NCBI GenBank assembly: GCA_964187785.1
Contig: OZ076409.1
Span: 36,520,001 to 36,584,000 of the forward strand
Origin: Amphiscolops sp. MND2022
Lineage: Eukaryota
Length of the DNA: 64,000 nt
Direction: 5' to 3'
Shown here: positions 14,085 through 27,400 of the stretch, piece after piece
Numbering within the stretch: position 1 is the stretch's first letter
How the letters are laid out: the number at the start of each line of letters is the position of its first letter
Notes under the pieces: generated by a model
Database searches by the model: none
The model's input: only the letters and a program-made list of their open reading frames with translations
What the model was told of the DNA's origin: nothing
Translations under genes and position numbers: made by a program

Positions 14085-14778
14085 ACTGAAGAGGAGGCGG
14101 GTGTTCAAAAATATTGCGCTGTATCCGAATTTTTGACGCCGTATCCTATGTAAATAGCGTTTTACTGAGGAGGCCTTTATTGAAAATAATGCGCTATATC
14201 CGTATTTTTGACTTAATCCGAAGTAAATTGCGTTTTTTATGGATCCGGAGGTTCGAATCTTAGCTTATGTAATTGATATGTCCAAAAGGGTCCCCTCTGT
14301 AGTTTTTTTTCGGTACTGTGAAATTGAGAATTTTTCAAAAGAGAATCTTTGGCGTTTTGAAGTACTTTTGCTGTTTTTGAGCCTTATGCGGTGCGCCGAC
14401 TTATGCCGTTCCTGGCTTCTTGATTTCATCTTTTCTCCAGACCCACAGACTTCTATTTGTAATAACTAGACTTTTTTATTTAGACTTTTTTAGTCGGCTT
14501 CTTCATCTAAAAAGCACGCAACACCCTTTTAGTTGCCTGGGTATTGTTCCGTTTCCTGCAGGCTCTGTCAGACATTATTGACATGCAATTAATTGAAATT
14601 AATGCTAAAATTATGGGATTTTGAAACAGTCCATTATTGGACTAATTGATATTTACCATTAATACAATACATGACAGTTGTTGACGTCTTTCCGTGTCTT
14701 TATTTTCTGAGAAATACAAACTTTGTTCAGTACAAACAGACTTGGCTACAAAATCAGCTTAGCTTAGTTTGTCATGAT

Positions 14779-15202
14779 TAGGGCAACCGCGATTTGCCCT
14801 TTATTTTTTAAAATTTTGCCCTTTATTTGCCGCCCTTTATTTTGAAATTTGCCCCTTATTTGCCCTTTATCGGCAGGCGTTTGAAAGCGAGGATTTAACA
14901 AAAAAGTCAAATTCGTTTGTTAAGTGAAATGTTACAATAAATGCAAATGTAATTCTTGATATTTGTAACATCAAAATTACGGTCCTTGGCTAGCATCTTG
15001 AGTTGCTAAATGGTTATTTCTGAGAAACTCCTGTACACAAACTCGCACGGCTCGTATTTCTCAGAAAAGGGGTGAATATATACGAAAAAGTACAAGATTC
15101 GATGTATTTTGCCTTTTTTGCCTTTTATCAAACTTTTTGCCCCTAACCCGTATTTCTGCCCTTTTTGCCCCTATTGCCCTTTTGCCCTTTTTGGTTGCCC
15201 TA
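14779..15202. mobile_element. hAT-superfamily MITE, 424 bp
   Basis: Perfect TIR TAGGGCAACC...GGTTGCCCTA; perfect 8-bp TSD GTCATGAT (14771-14778 and 15203-15210); many subterminal TTGCCC motifs at both ends. Confidence 0.92.
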
Positions 15203-15763
15203 GTCATGATGACGTAGTTCACTATTTACCTCTCTTTATACACAAAATATATTGCAAGTAAACCATGGGACGGCAGGCTTCATTTCAAAAGCAAATTATT
15301 GGCGTGTCTCGTCAAAATTTAGGATGAAAAAGAAGGTTCAATGATAAATGATCAAAAAAATTGCTTGACGGAATCTACGCATAGAATCGGAAATAACCCA
15401 ATTTGCCGCAAAAAAGTACGGTTTACATTTGATAATTATTGGCAGAATTTATCAAGAGTGAGACTAGAGTAACAATTGTCCCTCAGTGTCAACCACAAGT
15501 TTCGGAACGAAAAGATCTTCGAAAATGATATCACCAAAAACCCTGATGAGGAATCTTGAAGCGACTCATTTGTCATTGTTGGAAAAATTTCAACGATTGA
15601 TTTTCAAATTTATCATAAATAGCTCAATTAATTTCTCCCAAGAAAAATGTAGAATATAATGGCAATTAATGTTTGACACACCCTGCTTTCACGATACCAG
15701 AAGTGATAGTAGTCCCACTTTTGGATTTTGCCAGCATCGTGATTTTTTTCCAAAGGTCCCCTT

Positions 15764-16279
15764 TAATTGTTAATATTTCCGCGACAGCAGGAATAATATT
15801 GAAATCTGAACTTAGCAACTTTTTTTCAGTCAATTTTTCGTACGCGATTCAAGTACCTACTGACAAATTCCTATATTTTGCTCGGGAGTGAGTATAAGCG
15901 TGAGATTTAAATTGCTCAAGCTGCCGACGACAATTCGTTTTTCGTGCGATGAAACGAGCGAGTTATAGTTATGCCTTCGTACGCCGAATTCATTGAGATG
16001 AAGCGAGCAAATGTTCGTAATTATGCTTTCGTACGCCGAGTTATTGAGATTAAGCGAACGTGTGTTAATTATTCGTTCGCCGAAAGCTTCGCCTGCATTC
16101 AAATGCGAATGCGAAACTTCATCTACGATCAGTAGTTATATTTTCTTTAATTCGGGAAGAATTTAGGGCGGTGTAAACTGGTAGTGATTAATTGTGCGCT
16201 ATATAAAAAATTAAGATATGCTTCTATTATTGAAAGCCTAAAAGTAAAAATAATACTGTGCCCCGCAGGGGCCTATTTT
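15764..16279 (+). mobile_element. Family B element copy
   Basis: Near-identical to 11072-11585; identity continues ~230 bp past the hairpin. Confidence 0.7.
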
Positions 16280-16753
16280 CCGAAAATTAAATCATATTTC
16301 GAGAAACTCGATATTTTTGTGAAATGCATACTCGTGAGTTGAAAGCACTTTTTAATGACTATTTTTTTAAGCATCGCAATTGTATGACTACGGTCTCAAG
16401 GAAAAGTTCTTTTTAGTTGATCAGATGATTAAATTAGATGAAATCTGTCTCTGGGCCTTCTGAATGTTCCCAATTATAGACCACATTGCCATAATATCAA
16501 AATACCACATTGGCTGATCAAGGTCTCACGCGCTCATTTCTATGGTCGAGAGCGATTTCCAAAACATCATTATTCAGTTTTTTGAATTTTCGACTCACTT
16601 ACAATTTTTTGATTTCAAAATAGTTTTGACAGAAAAATGCTCCCAAACATTTCGAATCTGACAATATAATTTTTTCTCGAAATCATATCTTAATACACGT
16701 ATTTATGAAAAAGTATAATTTTACAGCGTATTTTTTCTACCATTTAGGATGAT

Positions 16754-17575
16754 CATTAGAGTGCACAGGCAAGCCTAATTTGCTCAAAGCGCAACTTTGT
16801 GCTTTCAATACCTCAGATTCCACGACCATACCTTTAACCGTGCAAAATTGGCAAATACGTCATATGTCCCGGATTCCACGGATTGCGTCGTGGATTCCAG
16901 TAACAAATGCTTAGCTGTACGCACGCACTGTCGGCATGCAGCGGTGTCCCGGATTCCACAAAAACGTAAGTTTTGCAAAATGAACCAATCAGATTGCAGA
17001 AATCACAAATTTCCTGGATTCCACGACTTTATTCTTGACGCGATACGCGGTATCTCTTCTTGAATTAATTTCAAGTGGAAGACCGAACAAACATAATATT
17101 ATGCACTACTTTTCGAATATTAACTCAAAATGATTCAGACTAACACACCAGTATTACACAAATATTCGTATTTTTCAGTTTAGTACCAGTTTTGAACAAA
17201 CGGTTAGATCATCACAATGTGCCATTTTTTGATGACATGCTGCAAAATTGGTACCAGTCATGAGTATCTATTCGTACTTTGGGATTTTTCGTGTCAATCA
17301 AAACAATTTCCATTGATATAAAGTTAATTTAATTAAAAGTTCTTTTGCCTTGCCAATAATGATTACTCAAAATCAGCGGACCAATCAGAGAGCAGCGGCA
17401 AAAGCGTCATTATAGCAGCAGTATTGGCGTGGAATCCAGGACAAGCACTGTCGTGGAATCCAGGGCACGCTTGACATCACAGAGAAATTTTGTCCTGGAT
17501 TCCACGACTTTTCTCAATTTTCGTGTCCCGGATTCCACGAAAAGCAGCAAAATAGCTTGTCTGTGCACTGTAATG
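16754..17575. mobile_element. Non-autonomous TIR DNA transposon with GGATTCCA/TGGAATCC subterminal repeats
   Basis: Ends are CATTAgAGTGCACAGGCAAGC and GCTTGTCTGTGCACTGTAATG (imperfect ~21-bp TIR), flanked by AT on both sides. A second copy is at ~23190-24925. Confidence 0.75.
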
Positions 17576-20500
17576 ATTTCTAAATCAAAACATATCAAGG
17601 GCTTCAGTTAAATCAGGGGAGTCGATTGCACATAAAATTTCTCTAAAATTTCAAGCAAAACTTGACTAAAAGTGAGAAAAACCTCCATTTTGACCTAGAT
17701 TTGGTTAAAAATGGCCTTTCCTACCTTTACGATTTTCATCGCCTAACCTTCAAATAAACATATTTGTAAACTAGATAAAAATCTAAGAAACTTTCACTTT
17801 TATCATTTTTTAAAAATCATTGCTGCTTAAGAGATATTCGATTTTGAGATTCGCCTTTTGTTGCTTCTAGAAATATCACTACTGTACGCTTAGTAGTTAT
17901 AATTGTTTAGTCCGAGAAAAATTAAATGCGGTGTAAACTGGTACAGTGATTAATTGTGCGCTATATAATGAATAAACAGGAGTGTTTAGTTATTGCAGAT
18001 ATGTTTCTATTAATGAACATGAAAGTCTAAAAAGCAGAAATAGTACTGTGTCCCGCATTGGTCTATTTTTTAGTCGGCGCTTTTCGTAGAAAAACGCAGA
18101 CTATAGTAGTGACTTTTTTAAAGACCAACGAAGTGACAGATTTGATAAGCTGGCTTCCACTAACCATCCATTTTCATCTGAAAATCTTGTATTTTATTGG
18201 CTCGCGGTGTTTCGAATGATTCTTGATTAATTTCCTGTAGTTCAAAATATTTACCGAATATTGAAGCATCAATGTTTCCATTCAATGATTTAGCGTTTGT
18301 TGAGCCTTCAGTGGAACTCCGACTTTGGCCATTCCCGGTGTGTTATGCAATGGACCGCTTGAGCTTCCTTCAAGCATTACGCTACCGAGGAACCGCTCGT
18401 CGGTTTGAAAAGCACTGGTTCAACATTATGTAAGCAACAAGCATCTAAGATTTTATGCAACTTTCGCTCATATTTGCCTCTGCTTTGCTGCACTCTTGAA
18501 ATTCATACACTCCTCTTGTCAAAGAACAAAGAATGTTTCATAAGAATAATGAATGCAGCATGATTAAAGGCGATCAGCAAGTTTAGGCAAACATCATTTG
18601 TTTGTCGCATCTATGAAACATTGTTTGCAGGCAAAGACCTTGACCAGTTTGACCGAAATCAGGACAAGATGTCTGTTATTTCTCTGATAGGCGTCAAATT
18701 TGTTTCATCCTGCCTATTTTGCGTGACTTGTGTTGAGGAGCCAAACCCCAAATGAAACCCAGCAATTGTGAATACAAGACTGTTTTTCAGGCCCTAGTTA
18801 CACCAACGCCGACGTCTTTGCTATTTGCTCCATTTTGTTGCCCACTTTTCACATTTGTCAATCATTATCGTGGTATTTACTTCCATTCTGCGATAGTAAA
18901 AGGACAACTCTAAGCTTATGCAGTAAGTATATGCGATGGATACAATTGTCTAAATTTTATAAAGCATTTTATAAATCATTTGCCGTTGCACCAAAAGCGA
19001 GAAAGTAAGTGTAGGCTCTGCGCGTGTGCTTTTTCTGGCTGATTCTTTGGTTTGTGAGTTTCAGTTGAGTCGAAATGCTCTTTATTTTTCATGTTGTGCT
19101 TTCAGTTTTAGTTGAATGCACTACAAAGTGAAGGTTTGTGGTGGCCACCGCGGTCGCTTCTGCTGTCGCCGCCGATTCTCGAGTTTGTCTGTGGTCGCTG
19201 CAGCTACTCTTGTATCTTTATCTTCTTCCAGTTACAGCAGATAGAACCTTTGAGATAAAACTGAAACTGGTCTCATTCTTACATGCTCGGCTGCTGCGAA
19301 AACCTGCAAACCTCCGTGATCAACCACATGACAAAAAGAGTGACGGTGACCGAATTAAAACATCTGCTCAAAACGTAGGAAGAGGGGTCAAGTCAAGCCT
19401 ACAAGTATATTACAGTATATTGTATGAAGTTATTGCACAATTACCTTGTAGACAGAAGTTTCAAACTGCAGGGGTTGCCGCTGTCACCACAAACCTCGAA
19501 GTTGATCTCGGACACATTTGTTTTTGTCTTTGTCAGTTGTCGTCACATTCATTCCATTTTGAACTAACTTTATAATGTACTCAATTGTTACAGTTCTTGC
19601 TCTTTCTATTCCAGTAGTTATTTGATTCTGATACTTCTATTTCTACATAGCATTCTATTGTATGCTTACAACTACTATACGAGCTACATTCATCTTATAA
19701 ACGCAATTTCTATATTTGGAAGAAATAAGTTGTCGTCCATATTGCGACTCAGGTTGGTATTGTTTTAAACAATTGTCTTCAAAACGTCTTTTAGAAGTTG
19801 CATGGGGAAACTCAGAATGTCTTGTTTTTTTTTCACGCGTGATTTGGCATCGAATACACGTTTCACACATTTCGGTATCATAAAAAGTATAAACAAAATG
19901 CCAAAATTGTGTAGGTTATAATGGAAATTTCCACTATGAGAAAAATCTGAAAGGAAGTCAGCAAAAATCCAAATTTTTCCAGATTTATATTGTTAGACAC
20001 TAAAATTTTCTGTTAGCAAGGTATAAAATTTGATTGAAGAGTCACTATGCTGTTTATTTAGTGATGTACTGATTAAATTGTTCTATCAATTGCAAAAGCG
20101 TCGCTAACAACGGCGTCAGAAAAGCCTCGAGCTGAATCATTGCCCAAACTGGGACAATGACCACCATTTCCAGCAGTAATACGTCTGCTGAAACAGGCTC
20201 AAAGAAAGACGGAGATATGAATTTACAAAAAATTCCGGATTTCTTAGTGTTCCCTGTGTAACTTTCCGATAGTGGCTTTGGACGTTTGGAATCGACAGGA
20301 GTGATAAGATACAAGTTTTCAAAAGCCCTTGAAATGAGCCTTCATTTGGTACATTCGCATCATGCGATTTCTCATTCTTAAACAGGCGAGGAGTTATTAG
20401 GATTCTGGACAGAATTTCGGAAGCCAGAATACGTTATCGTAATTTTTCGCACATTTTTGTATGCAAATTTATTTCAGCGGGTTGGAGCATTTTGATTATG

Positions 20501-20972
20501 AAAACGAGTAGAAATAGTCGTTGTTGGGTGAAATGAGCCTTTAGATTGAGTCTCGGCTGCTTGTACCGAAGGTATAGTGTTTTTTTACTATCTTAGAATT
20601 TTATCCATCGTGACAAGATACGATCTTGGAATAATGTATTATCTTAGTAAGATCTTATTAAGAATCTTGCCATGGGATCCATGGTCGCCAAGATGTAGTA
20701 AGAATTTGGTAAGATCTTGCCAAGACAGTCAAGATGCTAGTAAGAGGGTCAACCCGGGTACTTCAATGAGAATTTATTTTATGGGTCCGTTATTGACACT
20801 GTAAAGAGGCTCTGCAGCTTACAGCGGACTGACACCTAAACTCTTTTCATTGACACGCCCTCCTTGTAATAAGGGTACAAAATCTCTCTCAACTCCAAAT
20901 CACAGTTTCGCGGTTCTTTTATACCTGTCTATATACATATTTGATTTGAAAATTACTACAGTGCTTTCGCGA

Positions 20973-21386
20973 GGTGGGGTTTCACGAAGCAGAATGTTCA
21001 CTAAGCCGAAAAAAAACAAAAGTAATGACTAAGCCGAAAAAATGAAAGCATTCACTATTCCGAAAAATACTTAGCATATTTGTTGTATGGCTGGGTCGTT
21101 TCGGTCTCTTCGCCAGGTAGTAACATTGAGGCATCGCCACATGGCACGTCGCTCCGCTTCGCTTCGCTCCTGCATTTAGGGCACTAGGAGTATGTGAACA
21201 TAGCTGACTAGCGGAAATGGAAAAATTCATTTTTTAAAAATCTTTGAACGGACTTCGTTCCGGTCCGCCGGTGTCAGCCAATCAGATTGCAGAGAATTAT
21301 ACAGTGCTACGTATTTTTCGGCTAAGTGAATACTTTCGTTTTTTTTTCGGCTTAGTGAATATTCATTCTGCTTCGTGGGAAGCCCC
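20973..21386. mobile_element. MITE with long TIRs (MULE- or Merlin-like)
   Basis: ~80-bp imperfect TIRs GGGGTTTCACGAAGCAGAATG..CACTAAGCCGAAAAAAAA / TTTTTTTCGGCTTAGTG..CATTCTGCTTCGTGGGAAGCCCC. Flanks CTTTCGCGA (20964-20972) and CTTTTGCGA (21387-21395) match at 8 of 9 positions, consistent with a TSD. Confidence 0.7.
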
Positions 21387-21468
21387 CTTTTGCGACTTAA
21401 AAGCCTTAAGATTAGATTGCTCTACAAACCATGTTGTTGATGTCTTCTTTTTACAGCATTGTTAACCA

Positions 21469-24400
21469 ATGAAATCAACGGACTTGCTCAACATACCCAA
21501 CTTCCGTGTTGCCCTATACTCGTCTAGACCCGACAGGAAGCCCATAGTGTTCAGGAGCAGCCGTCTGGATGGACTGTCAGCAGAGAAGCTGCAATCTATG
21601 AAGACACACTACGGATTGAAGACGATCCTCGATCTCAGGTCTAGTCGTGAGGTCGATCTATCGCCCAATGGGCCTGCAATCAATCGTGTCTTCACCCCAA
21701 GGGTTCTTAAACCCGGCAACGCATCCAAGCTGCTGCGTCTAGAAAACCCAGATAACAAGTAACAGTTAATAATGGTTCATTTTACTAGGAGTCATTCACA
21801 GTCAGTACTGCGATGATAATTTACAAAAACAACTCCCGAAAAGATTTCCCGAAAGCACTGACGCTTTTCAAGGGGAGACCTTCGAGACTTTTGAGAGGAG
21901 ATCGAAGAGGTCGCCGGATTGGTGTTTTTAGTCGGCGCTTTTCCTAAGAAAAGTGCCCGACTATTACAGTGGGTAGTTTTTTTTCAGTTCACTCTGAATT
22001 TCCCAGTTTTTCAACTTCTCAATCGAGAGGTTAACCCGGATTTTAAGCAGGAGTGCGTGGGTTCGAGTCTTGCACTAAGCCACAACTTTTTTATGCTTCC
22101 AAAAGTAGAGGGGAGACCATAGTGTACCACCTTGAGTTTTTTCCGGCACTATGCGACTTTTTTTCCGAAAAGAAAATTTTCAAAGTTCGTATATAACGTT
22201 TTCAAAGTTTGTATATAACGTTTTCAAAGTTCGGATATAACGTTTTCTACGTTCGGATATAACGTTTTCAAAGTTCGGATTTAACGTTTCCATTTCTCGT
22301 ATAACGTTATCGATTTTTTCCCCAAAATTTCACATTATTTGCGTCCAATGTAATGCTTTAGGGTCTGGTTTTCAGTACTATAAGACTTTTTCGGATTTTC
22401 GAAAAATCTTTATTCAACAAGTGATATTAAAACCACGTCCACCGCGTACACTTTTGTGCCTTGAACGAGGCTCCTACTTCGGCCGTTCCCGGCTTGTTCA
22501 GTAATTGTTTTCTTTTTGATCTTTACGGGAAAATTTCAAGTTCTTTTCGCGGTTTTTTCATTTGTTTGTCTGAAATTGAGTGACGTTATACAATGATTAT
22601 CAAGGCGAAGGAATACATGGTGATGGTTACTTAGGGCGCTTACGTCCTGGAATTATTTTTCCTAACGCTTCTTTGTATGACAACAAAATGATAACGAAGT
22701 TTGTTCAGCCCCAAATTCCTCAACTAGTATTCGTCCCAAAATTCAGCAAGTCTTTGTTTTCGCCGAAACAAAATACGTGTCGAATGCTCATTTAAAAACC
22801 TTTCAACGCCAGTTACGCATCGATCTTTGAAGCTACAGCGTTAAATATACTGAAACTTCATTCTCAACGCGCGATTCAATTCATTATTCTCAACGCGTGA
22901 TCAAATTCAGTCTCAAATCTAATTGGACAATGAATGGGGATGCAACATGTAGTACATTTAAACCAAAATAGTGTCAATATGAAATCACGATAACGTAGTC
23001 AGCTATTGTCACACACAGGGGTGTCCAATATTATATTGCAATACTATTGTTGGATCTTTCCTGTTAATTTCTCTCAAATTTAAGATTACAGTTTATTTCC
23101 CCACAAATTGAACTTCAATTTGTGGGGAAATAAACTGTAATCTTAAATTTGAGGGAAATTAACAGGAAAGATCCGACACGTCATTCATAAGTCCCGGATT
23201 CCACGGATTTTGTCGTGGATTCCAGTAACAAATGCTTAGCTGTAGGCACTGTCGGCATGCCGCTTTGTCCCGGATTCCACAAAAACGTAAGTTTTTCAAC
23301 ACGAACCAATCAGATTGCAGATATCATAAAATTCCTGGATTCCACGACTTTATGCTCAACGCGATACGGGGCATCTCTTCTTAAATTAAATTCAAGGGGA
23401 AGACTGAACAAACATAGTATTATGCACAACTTTTCGTATATTATTTCAAAATGATTCACACTATCACACCAATATTACACAAATATTCGTATTTTTCGAA
23501 GTTTAGAACCAGTTTTGAACAAACTGCCAAATCATAACAATCTGCCATTATTTGATGACATGCTGCAATTTTGATACCAGTCATGAGTTTCTCTTCGTAC
23601 TTTGGGATTTTTCGTGTCAATCAAAACAATTTCCATTGATTACACTTGCGATAAGCAAGTGTTATGGGAAAGTGCGGGTGCTTTTTTTTCCGCGCGACAA
23701 CTCTCTGATTTCACGCGGCAACTCGCACGTTTCACGCGTTCGTGGTCTAGTGGTAAGATGCTTGCTTTTCAACCCAGAGGTTTCGTGTTCGAACCCGTGG
23801 GTATGCGCTAATTTTTTAAAAAGTATTCCGAAGCAGAAGATTCTGACTTTTTTCGGCACTATGAGACTTTTCGGCTTTGTGAGACTTTTTTTCGGCTTTG
23901 TGAGACTTTTTTTTCGAAATTTTTTAAATGTCTTCAAAGAGTCCTTTCAATTTTTTGATATTTTGCAAGAGAACGAATGTTAAAAAATCCCAAAGGTCCC
24001 TTTTTTCAGAATTTTCGGCACTATGAGACTGTTCAAAATTCTAATTTTTTTTTCAAAAATTTTTTAGACTCCCTTATTTTTTTCCAAATTTTTTTAATGT
24101 CCCCAAAGCGTCCTCCTTTCAATTTTTTGATATCTTGCAACAGAACGAATGTTATAAAATCCTAAAGGGTCCCTTTTTCACATTTTTCGGCACTATGCGA
24201 CTTAGCGAAAACTTCAAAAAAATTCGAAAAAATTCGGAAAATTTTTTCTCAAATTTTAGTTTTAAAAGACCGTTTTTTAAAGACCGATCTTTTTTCTATG
24301 CAACTTTTTTAAAATTTGTTTTCACCGAAGCCCCTGCTCAATTTTTACAAGAAACGAAACGTTTTGCGAGAGGACTCGTCAAGGGTTGCGACTTACCGGA

Positions 24401-27400
24401 GACCATCAAAAATGTTTTCGAAAAATTTTGAAATTTTTCTCTTCTATTTTCTGTTTAAGGTTTTCCGTTGAGAAAGAATGGGTTTTTTGCCGTTTTCAGT
24501 TGGGGAAGAATGGTTTTCGAGGCTTACGCGTATCCCTTCGGGTATTTTTTGGCGCTGTAAAATTGATGAAATTTTAATCTCCTTTTACCCTTGGTTTTCC
24601 GTATGATATTGCTTATTTGGTTTTCTTCAAAAGTTCGCAAGTGTTTGCGAAGCACGGCTTCGCCTCTGTGTATAAAATTGATTTAATTTAGGTTCTTCGG
24701 CTTTTCCAACAATGATCATTCAAAATCAGCGGACCAATCAGAGAGCAGCGGCAAAAGCGTCATAATAGCAGCAGTATTGGCGTGGAATCCAGGACGAGCA
24801 CTGTCGTGGATTCCAAGACACGCTTAACATCAAAGGGCAATTTTGTCCTGGAATCCACCTTCCTCAATTTTCGTGTCCAGGATTCCACGACAAGCAGCAA
24901 AATAGCTTGCCTATGCACTGTAATGTTTGTTTTCTGGATCAAGTTGGTTTCTCTTGCTATCACAAATAAAACTCATTGTAGAGAATAAACGCTCGAGTCA
25001 AGCAGAGCTTGGTACCAATACATTCAAAACATCATTGACATTCATAACTGAGCTTGGCAGGTTTCCGCAAATGCTCTGTAATTTCAATAATATTTTGATT
25101 TTGGGCTTATTCTGTTCGGCGAATTTTGCGTACGCTTCTTTCAGCTGTACGTTATCGCCACCGATAAAATTGAGGAAATCGGCATGTGCATCCGGAAACT
25201 CTTCTTTTTCAAAATTGGTCGCTTGTCGCCACTCTGATGGAGTCAATTTCCCGCCCATGTAGCGCGGATGCAGCGCATTAGCTGCAAACCATGATTTATG
25301 AATTGATTGATTGTAGCGACTTTCCGCCTTGCCAAGCCATTCACGATGCTCAGAACTCCTAAACTCATTGATAAGCCTTTTCCATGCCTCAACTGCATCT
25401 GCAATCGAACATTTATCCGATTGTATTTTCTCAAGGACTTCGGCAACAGGCTTCAAACTTTTTCGAGATTCATCAAAAGATTGAAACAAGGTAATATCGT
25501 TAACAGCTTTTCTTATCTCCAAATTCTGTGACGGTCTCGTGAACAAATCATTTTGAACAATATCGCGCAATTGTTGCCAGTTTTTGCAATACCACTCGGA
25601 CGTTGCAATTGAGGAATTCTAACGTACATCCGAGGGTAGAGGTGGTTTAGTGCAACCAGCGTCCTTCAACAAATTCGGCATTTGTTTATACGGAAAAAAA
25701 TCAGCTATCTGTACCAAAAGTTTGCAGATCCAAGATCTTTAGCAAGTAGATTCAATTGATGAGCTCCAAATCCAAATTCAACAATTGTTTTGTTTATCAG
25801 CATTCGGGCCTTGGTCATGGCTGCACAATTGTCCGTTACCATGCCCACAATTTCGCATTTGTTAAACTTTCGCAAATCATAATCTGAGTCTCAGCTTTTC
25901 GAGCAAGATATTCAGACGTTTGTGATTCGCCAGTGGTGTTAATACAGTCTAAAACATACGTTTTGCCGTCTGAAAAAATACAAAAACCAAGTATCGGATC
26001 TGCATTAACAATCCAACCATCCATTGAAATCATCATATTCTTTCCTTTGTGATCAACTGCTGCAGTACTTTGCAACTAAGAATGTACCAAGTCCAAAATT
26101 TCCTTACCAAGAGCTTTCTTGTTGGAGGCTTGTACCCAGGATGAAGTTTTTCAATAAGCTGTGTGAAGTGCGAGTTTTCCACAACTGCAAAGTTTATATT
26201 TGCCGCGAGGAAAAACTTGCCAATTGCCATGTCGAATGATTTTGTCATGTCAGGGGTCGTGCGAGCGACAAATTTTCCATGTTGGTTGACTGAAGTGTTC
26301 CGCATTGCCTTGAAGTTTTGATTGTTATATTTGTATGTTTTTCATCGAATTGTTTCTTCATACGATAAGCCTGAGCTGAAGATTCATAATTGCAATGTAT
26401 GCATTTAACTCTTTCCTGTGAAATTTGGTTCAACTCACTCCAAATTGCATCTCGTTTACGGCCTGACATATCGGAATCTGAAAACAAAAGAAACGTTGAT
26501 TTGCATTGCACAATGAGTAAGCAATACGCTGTCTGGAAACAAAAAAAATATCGTGAACAAGATCGAATTTAGTTAGTCTAAATGTTAATTTCTAACAATT
26601 AATTTCTAACATGCATTTCTAACACGTGTTAATAACATTGTTATTAACACTGTTAATAACACGCTTGTTAAAAATGATCCTTCACTGGAAATGATCATTG
26701 AATTTATAGTAACAACCAATCAAATTTCAGTATTGTTTAACTTTAACAGCAACTCAAATCGATTGCGTGATCGGTGGTTGGGGAGGTGATACTAATTTTT
26801 TCCGCGCTTACTACGGGGGGAATTAATGGAAAAGATCCCTATTGTTGTCTCGCGTTGGAAAACACTCAAAATACGTCTTGAATGCTTATTTGAAAAACTT
26901 TGTTTTGACTTTAATTATTGCTTTCAGTGTATTGACATGTACTCTTGACCCTATGTACTATTGACATGTACTAAACTTGCAACTGTATCAATAGTATATG
27001 TCAATTCATTGAATAACCTACTAGATCAACAACAACTTTCAATTTTTTGCGATTAGAGGTTTTTAGGAAACACCGCAAGTCGAAATTTTCGTGCTCAAAT
27101 TCCAAATTTTGAATTACATATAATCTGCAATTTTTTCGCATGGAAATGATTTGCTATTGCTCGAAGTCTACAAGCCGAGCGCGCCCGTAAGGAGAAATAC
27201 ATGGTCATACATCCGTTATAAATATTCCTAATATGATTCTCACCCGCTGAAATGTGCAATTTTTTGGCTGAGTGAAAGTTTTTTTTCATTTTTGGCACCC
27301 ACCAATTCTACAGCTTCATAAGCAACCTTATCGTGATATACTTTTCGTAAAGTTTGTTGCTGTCGAGTACTTACCCATTGACGCTCAATACAGTTCTTAT

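Noticed and set aside
19500..19560. In-frame TGA codons as selenocysteine (ATG GAA TGA ATG TGA)
   Set aside because: No selenoprotein motif or recognisable SECIS; chance or decay is more likely.
22183..22300. Short regular repeats (also 63505-63696 and 40990-41126) as a CRISPR array
   Set aside because: Tandem or degenerate units without unique spacers, no cas genes, and a eukaryotic context.
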